A DNA stretch of 64,000 nt, taken from positions 1,248,001 through 1,312,000 of the forward strand of contig CAVYRF010000001.1 in the NCBI GenBank assembly GCA_963770895.1, in the 5' to 3' direction. Below the pieces are notes generated by a model. That model was not told the origin of the DNA. It made no database searches and saw only the letters and a list, made by a program, of their open reading frames with translations. Shown piece by piece: positions 19,014 through 26,800 of this stretch. A program made the position numbers and the translations under genes. This DNA is from an uncultured Acidobacteriota bacterium (lineage in GTDB: Bacteria; Acidobacteriota; Thermoanaerobaculia; Multivoradales; UBA5704). Numbering within the stretch: the stretch's first letter is position 1; each line of letters begins with the position of its first letter.

Positions 19014-19285
19014 ATCCGCACTCGGCGCCGATACGCCGCTAGAGCCTTCCCGCTCAGATCATACGCCGTCACGACAAAGGCCCCAAGACGGTCCTCGTCG
19101 ATCACGTAGATCACCTGGAGGAACCGACCAGCGTCGGTCCGGCCCAGCGCGATCCTGGACCCACGGCGCCCAGGGAGATCCTGGCCCGGATGACGCAGCA
19201 CCTCCTCTACCTCTGTCTCGCTAACCCCATGCCGGTAGATGTGGGGCTCGCCCGTTTCCGGATCAGTGTGGAACCGTAGCAGCAC
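19010..19285 (-). CDS. BrnT/DUF4258-like putative RNase toxin
   Basis: HIYRHGVSETEVEEV...GRTDAGRFLQVIY...VVTAY. Confidence 0.75.
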   Translation of the reverse strand: MLLRFHTDPETGEPHIYRHGVSETEVEEVLRHPGQDLPGRRGSRIALGRTDAGRFLQVIYVIDEDRLGAFVVTAYDLSGKALAAYRRRVRM

Positions 19286-19360
19286 GTATCGGATCTCCCT
19301 GCATCGGGTCTGCTGGCCGGCTCATTCCAGCCAGCCCTAAGATGGCTGGGCGAGCGCCGC

Positions 19361-19557
19361 TCATCCCTCCGCAGATCCCGCCGGCTGTTCCTGGGGACGC
19401 TCCACCCTGGCTGCACCGTTTCCGTCCAGCTGGGTGGCGATGCAAGCAGCTACCCGGTTTGCCGCTTGCCGCAAGGGATCGAATTCTGTGATCACGTATC
19501 CGGCAGTCACGCCGCCTTTGCGATGTTGATCAGTTTCTTCGTCAGCTTCTCCGCCAT
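19361..19557 (-). pseudogene. Tyrosine integrase remnant with large internal deletion
   Basis: MAEKLTKKLI (arm-binding-domain-like start) joined out of frame to HRKGGVTAGY...DPLRQAANRVA (box II His/Tyr and C-terminal helix). Confidence 0.65.
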
Positions 19558-19627
19558 ACCCGTCACCCCAATCGCCAGCGCAGCGAGAGCCACGGCGTGC
19601 CCGCAGCCAGTGCAGTACCCGACACCG

Positions 19628-19671
19628 TGGGAACCGAAATTGGAACCCGAAATGGGAACCCTATGGGAACC
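19628..19671. repeat. Four direct TGG(G)AACC repeats, candidate integrase arm-type sites
   Basis: Copies at 19628, 19641, 19653, 19664 between tRNA 3' end and integrase remnant. Confidence 0.6.
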
Positions 19672-19777
19672 CCGCGGGGGCGAAAAACCGGCCTCCGAGG
19701 CGTAGCCTAGGCGAACGAGCTCTTTCGAGCAATTTGCCCTAACTACCGTATTTGTCGTACTTTGTCGTAGAAGAGCG

Positions 19778-19852
19778 TGGAGCGGGAGACGGGATTCGAA
19801 CCCGCGACCAACAGCTTGGAAGGCTGTGACTCTACCCCTGAGTTACTCCCGC
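19778..19852 (-). tRNA. tRNA-Gly (TCC)
   Basis: GCGGGAG acceptor stem, anticodon arm ACAGC-CTTCCAA-GCTGT, GGTTCGAATCC T-loop, encoded CCA. Confidence 0.97.
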
Positions 19853-20152
19853 TTGGTTTGCTGCCTTGGGTGGGCGGAGGGCGTTGATTGCTGAATGGCT
19901 CTCCACCGCCAACCTGGTCATGAGTCTACAACAGGGTGGTGGGGGATGTGGGCGACGGGGTGCGATCGGGGGGGAGAGCGGCGCAAAGGGGGGACGGGTA
20001 GGCGGGCGGTGGGAAGGGGGGACGGACAGAGGGGAAGGGGCAGCGGATCCGTTCGCTGTTTCTTGCGTGCATGTGGCGCGTTTCTTTGAATTGTCGCACA
20101 TCTAGGATGTGTACGTTCACTGTGGGTGTGTCCGATTCAAAGGAGAGAGAGC

Positions 20153-20950
20153 ATGAACCTCAGACCCCTGTTGAGTGCGGTGGTGGCGGCTGGATGCTTG
20201 GCGTCGGTGCCGGTTCTGGCGCAGAACTTTCCGCCGGGTAACGACGGTTGGACGACTCAGTCGAGCAATACGCAGATCAACCTCAGCGCGATGCCGGTGG
20301 TGAGCAAGGCGCTGGGGGCGCCGGTGTCGGGGAGCGGCATCATCAATCTGGCGGGGGTGCCGCTCAATTCCAGTCAGTTTGGCAACGTGGACACGATCAC
20401 GGGCAGGAGCGCGATTTCGGGGGGCAAGGGCACGGCGTCGATCGTGGCTTTGAACCTTGCCGGCGCGAGCCCGGTGCAGCTGACGGATGGCCGCTCGTAT
20501 GCGTTGCAGGTGTGCCTGTCGCCGGGTGCGACGCAGCCTCAGGGGACGGTGACGGCCCAGGCGGGCGGCTCGAACACGGGCAACCTGACGACTTCGTTTT
20601 CGGTGGTGCCGCTGCTGGTGTTCACCAACACCAACAATCCCAACGACGTGGTGCAGGTGGATTGCGCTTCGGGGGCTTGCCCGCAGATCCAGCTGACCAC
20701 CCAGAACGCTCCGTATGTGGTGGCGTCGCAGTCGCAGGCCACGGCTTCGGGCATCGGCACGCTGCCGTCGGGCAAGGTGGGCGTGGCCAATTGCGGCGGC
20801 AGCTTGACGCCGACCCTGGCCGGAACGAACAACCTGTATGCGGGCACTGCGCTGCTGTCGAGCGGCAAGCTGGGACCGGTGAATATCCAGGTGACCAGCA
20901 TCATCATCATCCACTTCTTCGGGCCGTTCATCACCATCCTCACCTTCTAG
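20153..20950 (+). CDS. Secreted beta-rich hypothetical protein
   Basis: RBS AAGGAG; signal peptide ending VLA/Q. Confidence 0.8.
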   Translation: MNLRPLLSAVVAAGCLASVPVLAQNFPPGNDGWTTQSSNTQINLSAMPVVSKALGAPVSGSGIINLAGVPLNSSQFGNVDTITGRSAISGGKGTASIVALNLAGASPVQLTDGRSYALQVCLSPGATQPQGTVTAQAGGSNTGNLTTSFSVVPLLVFTNTNNPNDVVQVDCASGACPQIQLTTQNAPYVVASQSQATASGIGTLPSGKVGVANCGGSLTPTLAGTNNLYAGTALLSSGKLGPVNIQVTSIIIIHFFGPFITILTF

Positions 20951-20984
20951 CCAGGGGGGTTGGACGGCTGGCGCGCAACGGGAA

Positions 20985-21011
20985 GCCGCCCGAGGTCGAA
21001 GCTCGGGCGGC
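20985..21011. terminator. GC-rich hairpin between convergent genes
   Basis: GCCGCCCGAG-7 nt-CTCGGGCGGC; no clear U-tract. Confidence 0.45.
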
Positions 21012-21167
21012 CATCCTGTTGACGGTGCGGCACGCGTCGCTCGGGCGTCCGCCGGCCAGGCGGCTGCTGCGGGTCGCTCAGCCGCCTGGCAGCCGCTTGC
21101 TGGGCTGGCGGCCGCCCGGCGGCCGCGCGGCTGCTTGCCGTACGCCGCGGCCCGCGGCCGGATGGGC

Positions 21168-22097
21168 TCAGAAATCGGGTTGCAGGCGGACCTGATCCAG
21201 CTCGCGGCGCAGGGCGCGCTGGAACATGGTGGGGCCGATCCAGGTGTAGGCGACGATGGCGAACCAGACGGCGGATACGGCGCTGGACAGGTCCGGATGG
21301 CCGACCTTGGCCAAGCCTTCGTCGGCGACGCGGTACAGGGCGTAGGCGGTGAGCAGGACCAGGATGGCGCGGCGCTGGCCGAGGGTGCCCATCCAGGTGG
21401 ACCAGCGCCACCAGAGGCCCAGGAAGAAGTTGGAGCGGGCCTTGACGGCGGCCAGCAGGTGGAGGGCCGGGGCGGAATCGGCTTGCTGGCGCAGAGCCCA
21501 GGTGGCGTGCTCGCGGGCGTCGGCGATGCGGCCCTGCTGCAGAAGGACGTTTCCCATCAGGACCAGGGCGGTGGCGGACTCGGGCTCGGCTTCGAGGGCC
21601 TGGCGGGCCAGGGCGGCGGCGGCGTTCAGGTCGCCGTGGTGGATGTGCCAGGCGCCCAGGCGGGCCAGGATGTCGACGTCTTCGGGATCGAGCGCCAGCG
21701 CCTTTTCGAGCTGCGTGCGGCTTTCCTGGTCGCGGCCGGATAGCGCGAGGAGGCGCGCGAGGGCAGCCTGGATGCGGGCGTTGGCGGGGTCCAGCGCGGC
21801 GGCCTGGCGGAGGTGCTCTTCGGCGGGCTTGAGCTTGCGCGCTTCCAGCAGGGCCAGACCGTAGACGAAGTGGGGCTGCGGCAGGTCGGGGGCGAGGCGC
21901 AGGGCGATGGCGGCTTCGTGGGTGGCGGCGTGCAGGCGCTTGGTGTCGAGCAGGCAGAGCGCCAGGTAGGCGTGGGCGCTGTCGTCGTTGGGGTCTTCCG
22001 CCAGGGCGCGACGGAGGGACTCGATGGCGGCGTCGAGCTGGCCGCGGCGCATGTGCTGCAGGGCGATGCGGGTCCAGGGGGAGCTGTCGTCGGTCAT
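21168..22097 (-). CDS. TPR protein with C-terminal TM helices
   Basis: Repeated A..AL...P TPR units; hydrophobic C-terminus. Confidence 0.85.
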   Translation of the reverse strand: MTDDSSPWTRIALQHMRRGQLDAAIESLRRALAEDPNDDSAHAYLALCLLDTKRLHAATHEAAIALRLAPDLPQPHFVYGLALLEARKLKPAEEHLRQAAALDPANARIQAALARLLALSGRDQESRTQLEKALALDPEDVDILARLGAWHIHHGDLNAAAALARQALEAEPESATALVLMGNVLLQQGRIADAREHATWALRQQADSAPALHLLAAVKARSNFFLGLWWRWSTWMGTLGQRRAILVLLTAYALYRVADEGLAKVGHPDLSSAVSAVWFAIVAYTWIGPTMFQRALRRELDQVRLQPDF

Positions 22098-22131
22098 GGG
22101 CGTGGCGAGATTCCGGCTCGGTGCGTCAGCG

Positions 22132-22665
22132 TCAGCCTAGAAACAGGAAGAACAGGCCGGCATTGGGGGACTGCTGGACGGCCTGGCGCAGGGCGTAGCC
22201 CAGCGCGATGACCAGGAGGCCGGAGCGCACGCTGCCGCCGTAGTGCTCGTAGAGCTGGAAGGTGCGGCTTTGCAGGCCGTTCAAGGCGTAGGAGACCCCC
22301 AGCGTCCACAGGGTGATGGGCAGGACCGCGAACGGCAGGCTGGCGCTGGGCAGCAGGCCGCGGCTGTAGCCGACGATGACCGCGCCGGCCAGCAGGGCGC
22401 GGCCGGCAAAGCCGCCGACGGCCCAGGCGATCTCCTTGCCCAGGGTGGGGCTGCCGATCACCCAGCCGTTCCAGACCGACCAGGGCCAGCTGAGCCAGCA
22501 ACCGCCGAACATGACGGCGAAGAGCGGCCAGAGCGGCTGGACGGCGAAGCGCGCCAGGCCGCGCGGGCGGGGCTCGTCCTCGATGTGGTAGCGCTCGATG
22601 GCGGGCGCGGTGCCCGCGGGCAGCAGCGGGCCGGTGGGCGCGGCGGTGGGCGGAAGCGTTTCCAT
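22132..22665 (-). CDS. Hypothetical membrane protein
   Basis: Several hydrophobic helices; lies between the AAA and TPR genes. Confidence 0.75.
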   Translation of the reverse strand: METLPPTAAPTGPLLPAGTAPAIERYHIEDEPRPRGLARFAVQPLWPLFAVMFGGCWLSWPWSVWNGWVIGSPTLGKEIAWAVGGFAGRALLAGAVIVGYSRGLLPSASLPFAVLPITLWTLGVSYALNGLQSRTFQLYEHYGGSVRSGLLVIALGYALRQAVQQSPNAGLFFLFLG

Positions 22666-22691
22666 CGAGGTGCGGCGACCGCCGGGGTCGG

Positions 22692-24173
22692 TCAGCTCCT
22701 GCCGGGCTTGCCGTGCTTGTCGAGGAAGGCCAGGACTTCGTTGTATTGACCGGCCTCGTTGGCGTAGCGGGCGTAGTTGCGCGCGGTGGTGAGCCATTCC
22801 AAGGTGGTGGGCTTGACCTGGCGCAGGGCGCTTTCCAGGTGGGCCGGACAGATCGGCACCTCGACGCTGCCGGCGATGGAGGCGGCGATGGCTTCGTCGG
22901 CGGCGGTTTCGACCAGCTCTTGCAGGTCGGCGCCGGAAAAGCCCGAGGTGCGGCGGGCGATCGCCGCCAGGTCGATCTTTTCATCGCTGGACAGCGGCCG
23001 GTCGCGCAGCAGGATGCCCAGGATGGCTTCGCGGGCGGCGCGGTCGGGCGGCGGCACGAAGAGTACGCGGTCGAAGCGGCCGGGCCGGCGGAAGGCGGGG
23101 TCGATCGCCCACGGCAGGTTGGTGGCACCCAGGATCAGGACGCCGGCGTTGTTCTGGGAAAAGCCGTCCATCTCGGACAGGAACTGGCTGACCATCTTGG
23201 CGGAGGTGGATTCGCGGGAGAACTGGCGCTTGCCTCCCAGGGCTTCCAGCTCGTCGAAGAACAGCACCGACGGGGCGGTCTGGCGGGCCAGCTCGAACAG
23301 CGCGTGAAGCTTGCGCTCGGACTCGCCGATGTACATGTCGAGGATGTCCGAGATCGCGACGTTGTGGAATTGGGCCTGGCATTCGCCGGCGGTGGCGCGG
23401 GCGAGCAGGGTCTTGCCGCAGCCCGGCGCGCCATAGAGCAGAATGCCGCCGCCGGCGCGCTTCTTGAAGCGCTGGAAGAGCGAGGGCTTCTGATACGGCA
23501 GCACGATGCGGCGGTGGATCTGGTTCTTGAGGTCGTCGAGCCCGCCGACGTCGGCGAAGGTGACCGGCGGCATGGGCGGCGCCAGGATGCGCTGGGCGTC
23601 CTCGCGGGCGGTGTCGTCGTTGGCGATGACGCGCAGCTGGGGATGCCGCAGGACCTTGGAGCCCGGGGGTGGGGCCGGGGCGGCGCCGGAACCTTCGCCG
23701 TCGTTGCCGTCACCGTCGCCGGCGCCGTTGCCAGCGCGGTCGGCGGCGCCCCCGGCCGGGTGGCCGGAGAAGGTGCGCACCTTGACGGAAAGCCGGTCCT
23801 GCAGGGCGGCGTTTTCGAGCGTCGGATTGGCGGCGACCGCCTCACGATAGGCGCGCAGGCCTTCGGGGTGGCGCTCCAGCGCCAGATAGCAGCGCGCGGC
23901 GAGCAGCTTGGCCTCGCCTTCCGGCGCGGTGGTGGCGGCGGCGGCGAAGACCAGCGCGCGCTCGGCCTGCCCGTCGGCCAGCAGGGCGCGCGCCGCAAGC
24001 AGCGCATCCAGGCCGGCGGGCAGGCCGGCCGGCGTGCGGTCGCCGACCAGGGTCGCTGCCTCGGCCGGCTCGTCGCGGTCCAGGTGGGCGCCGATCAGCA
24101 CGGTCAACAGGCCGCCGTTGTCGGGGGAATGGGCGAGCGCCGCGCGCAGCGCGTCGAGAGTCTTGGAGTCCAT
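22692..24173 (-). CDS. AAA+ ATPase (CDC48/Vps4-like) with TPR-like N-terminus
   Basis: Walker A GAPGCGKT, Walker B LFFDELE, SRH ATNLPWAIDPAFRRPGRFD. Confidence 0.92.
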   Translation of the reverse strand: MDSKTLDALRAALAHSPDNGGLLTVLIGAHLDRDEPAEAATLVGDRTPAGLPAGLDALLAARALLADGQAERALVFAAAATTAPEGEAKLLAARCYLALERHPEGLRAYREAVAANPTLENAALQDRLSVKVRTFSGHPAGGAADRAGNGAGDGDGNDGEGSGAAPAPPPGSKVLRHPQLRVIANDDTAREDAQRILAPPMPPVTFADVGGLDDLKNQIHRRIVLPYQKPSLFQRFKKRAGGGILLYGAPGCGKTLLARATAGECQAQFHNVAISDILDMYIGESERKLHALFELARQTAPSVLFFDELEALGGKRQFSRESTSAKMVSQFLSEMDGFSQNNAGVLILGATNLPWAIDPAFRRPGRFDRVLFVPPPDRAAREAILGILLRDRPLSSDEKIDLAAIARRTSGFSGADLQELVETAADEAIAASIAGSVEVPICPAHLESALRQVKPTTLEWLTTARNYARYANEAGQYNEVLAFLDKHGKPGRS

Positions 24174-24248
24174 GGGACTGTGCGAGCATATCAGGCCGCG
24201 GAGGCGGGCCCGCGGACCCGGAGCCGCGGGCAACCGAGGGGAGGACGA

Positions 24249-25490
24249 TTGGCGGTCGAACAGGTCGAACAGGCAGTGGGAGGCGCGGAGGGATCGCTGC
24301 TGCGCCAGCGTTCGTTCGTGCTGTTCTGGATCACCCGGATCTTCACCGGGACGGCGTACCAGGTGGTGGCCGTGGCGGTGGGGTGGCAGGTGTATGCGCT
24401 GACGCACAGCGTGTTCGCGCTGGGGATGGTGGGGCTGGCGGCGTTCCTGCCGCAGCTTCTGCTGACGCTGCCGGCGGGGCACGTGGCGGACCGCTTTGAC
24501 CGGCGGGTGGTGGCGCGGACGTGCCAGGCGGCGGAGGGGGTGACGACGGCGCTGCTGGCGGCGGGGAGCTGGGGCGGCTGGCTGCGGCCGTGGGGGATCT
24601 TTGCGGCGGTGGCGGTGATCGGGGCGGCGCGGGCGTTCGAGGGGCCGGCGATGGCTTCGCTGCTGCCGGGGGTGGTGCCGATGGAGATGCTCGAACGCGC
24701 GACGGCGGCGTCGGCTTCGGCGTTCCAGAGCGCGGCGATCGTCGGGCCGGCGCTGGGGGGGCTGCTGTACGCGATCGGACCGGCGGCGCCGTGCGCGACG
24801 TCGGCCTGCCTGTCGTTGCTGGCATGCGCCTGCGCGTCGTCGATCCGCAACGAGCGGACGGTGCGGCGGCGGGAGCCGCTGCGCTCGTCGATCTTTGGCG
24901 GCATCTCCTATATCCGCAGCCGGCCGGTGATCCTGGGAGCGATCTCGCTGGATCTGTTTGCGGTGTTGCTGGGCGGGGCGACGGCGCTGCTGCCGGTGTA
25001 TGCGCGCGACATCCTGCACACCGGGCCCTGGGGGCTGGGGATGCTGCGGTCGGCGCCGGCGGTCGGGGCGTTGTGCATGTCGCTGGCCCTGGCGCGCTAT
25101 CCACTGCGGCACCGGGCGGGGCTCAAGATGTTCGGCGCGGTGATCGTGTTCGGGCTGGCGACGATGGTGTTTGCGGTTTCGCGGTCGATGAGCCTGTCGC
25201 TGGTGGCGCTATGGGTGCTGGGGGCTTCGGACCTGGTGAGCGTGGTGATCCGCATGTCGCTGGTGCAGCTGGCGACGCCCGACGCGATGCGCGGCCGGGT
25301 GAGCGCGGTCAACTCGATCTTCATCGGCACCTCGAACCAGCTCGGGGAGTTCGAATCGGGGCTGACCGCGGCCTGGTTCGGGACGGTGCCGGCGGTGATC
25401 CTGGGCGCCGTGGGGACGATCGTGGTGGCGTGCCTGTGGGCGGGCCTGTTCCCGCAGCTGCGGCAGATCGACAGTCTGCGCGACCTTTAG
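24249..25490 (+). CDS. MFS transporter (EntS/MFS_3-like); start uncertain
   Basis: GHVADRFDRR motif A, about 12 TM helices, MRGRVSAVNSIFIG. Confidence 0.9.
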   Translation: MAVEQVEQAVGGAEGSLLRQRSFVLFWITRIFTGTAYQVVAVAVGWQVYALTHSVFALGMVGLAAFLPQLLLTLPAGHVADRFDRRVVARTCQAAEGVTTALLAAGSWGGWLRPWGIFAAVAVIGAARAFEGPAMASLLPGVVPMEMLERATAASASAFQSAAIVGPALGGLLYAIGPAAPCATSACLSLLACACASSIRNERTVRRREPLRSSIFGGISYIRSRPVILGAISLDLFAVLLGGATALLPVYARDILHTGPWGLGMLRSAPAVGALCMSLALARYPLRHRAGLKMFGAVIVFGLATMVFAVSRSMSLSLVALWVLGASDLVSVVIRMSLVQLATPDAMRGRVSAVNSIFIGTSNQLGEFESGLTAAWFGTVPAVILGAVGTIVVACLWAGLFPQLRQIDSLRDL

Positions 25491-25579
25491 TGACCGAGCC
25501 CCGGCGGTCGGCACCGGATCGGAATCGCGGTCGGTGCTAGTATTCGCAAATGCCTTGCACTGCGAAAGGAGCTCATACG

Positions 25580-25924
25580 ATGAGGACCCGCCTCCTGATG
25601 CTCGCACTGGTTTCAACCCTCATGGCCAGCTCGCAAGTGCTGGCAGTGGGAGCTGCCCCGGCGGTTCCGGCACCTGCCCTGAAGGGGTCTCGGACCTGTG
25701 CCATGGCGGCTCCACTTCTTGCCCCGGTGGCAGTGCCGGATTTCGGGCCAACCATCCTGCTCAGCGGTGGCTTTTGCGGATCGTGCGGCTCACCCCTTTG
25801 CACGGACCTTGTGGTCGGCGCCATCTGCACAAGGAACGGCAACGCTGGCGTCTGCACGCTGGGGGCCGGCGAGTGCGCCGACGGGGGCTTCAGGTGTGCC
25901 TGTAACACCGGTGGCCCCGATTAG
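25580..25924 (+). CDS. Secreted pre-pro peptide with an 8-Cys C-terminal domain
   Basis: RBS AAAGGAG; signal peptide, Pro/Ala-rich spacer, FCGSC...C...C...C...C...CAC. Confidence 0.75.
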   Translation: MRTRLLMLALVSTLMASSQVLAVGAAPAVPAPALKGSRTCAMAAPLLAPVAVPDFGPTILLSGGFCGSCGSPLCTDLVVGAICTRNGNAGVCTLGAGECADGGFRCACNTGGPD

Positions 25925-25979
25925 CCGCTGACCGATAGCGTCCCCTTCCGGGGTGCCGTGCCGGCTCTGGCGGCTCTTC

Positions 25980-25985
25980 TATAAT
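25980..25985 (+). promoter_or_regulatory. -10 box of a probably leaderless xth transcript
   Basis: TATAAT ends 8 nt before ATG 25994; no SD. Confidence 0.5.
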
Positions 25986-25993
25986 GCCGCCCC

Positions 25994-26749
25994 ATGACCC
26001 TGACGATTGCGACCTGGAACGTGAACGGCCTGCGGGCGCGCGCCACGCAGTTCCTGGAATGGCTGGGGCGCGACCAGCCGCAGGTGGTGTGCCTGCAGGA
26101 GATCAAGAGCAAGCCCGAGCAGCTGCCGGACGAAGTGCGCGAAGCGCCGGGCTACTGGTGGTACTGGCACGGCGCGGGCGGCTATTCCGGGGTGGCTCTG
26201 GGGGTACGCAAGGACGTCGCCGGCAACTGCCCGGTCTTTGCCCACCCGGCGTTCGACCTCGAAACGCGCATCGTCACCGCCGAGGTGTGCGGACTCACCG
26301 TGGCGTCGATTTACGTGCCCAACGGCGGCAAGGATTACGCGGTCAAGCTGGCGTTCCTGGAGGCGCTGGGCGGCTGGGCGGCGGAGCGGCGCGCCGCCGG
26401 CAGCCGCCTGGCGCTGTGCGGCGACATGAACGTGGCGCGCACCGATCGCGACGTGCATCCGAAGGAGCGCAAGCTCAACCAGATCGGCACGCGCCCGGAT
26501 GAGCGGGCGCTGTTCGAGGCGGTGATCGGCGCCGACCTGGTGGACGTGGGGCGGACGCTCGACCCCGACAATGACAACCTTTTCACCTATTGGGCGCCGT
26601 GGCGCAATTTGCGCCAGCGCAATATCGGTTGGCGCATCGACTACATCCTGGCCACCACCGCGGCCGCCCAGCACGCGCCCTGGTGCAAGGTGCTGCCGGA
26701 CGTCGGCACCAGCGATCACGCGCCGGTGATCGCCCAGCTCGCCGGCTGA
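25994..26749 (+). CDS. xth: Exodeoxyribonuclease III / AP endonuclease
   Basis: TWNVNG, LQEIK, YVPNG, GDMN, GWRIDY, SDHAP. Confidence 0.95.
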   Translation: MTLTIATWNVNGLRARATQFLEWLGRDQPQVVCLQEIKSKPEQLPDEVREAPGYWWYWHGAGGYSGVALGVRKDVAGNCPVFAHPAFDLETRIVTAEVCGLTVASIYVPNGGKDYAVKLAFLEALGGWAAERRAAGSRLALCGDMNVARTDRDVHPKERKLNQIGTRPDERALFEAVIGADLVDVGRTLDPDNDNLFTYWAPWRNLRQRNIGWRIDYILATTAAAQHAPWCKVLPDVGTSDHAPVIAQLAG

Positions 26750-26800
26750 GCTGAGCGGCCGGCCGGCACGCCGCCGCGTGTCGCGCTCTCCTGCTGACGG

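Larger units (their letters stand above)
1..19777. mobile_element. Decayed integrative/mobilisable genomic island at tRNA-Gly; left boundary outside the window
   Basis: tRNA 3' end, integrase remnant, TA pair, relaxase/MobC, AAA_25, RadC and IS remnants. Confidence 0.7.

Noticed and set aside
22713-24248. 925-aa ORF as an MFS fusion, and the 806-aa extension of the AAA ATPase
   Set aside because: Each extension is antisense to the other real gene; the two genes are simply divergent.
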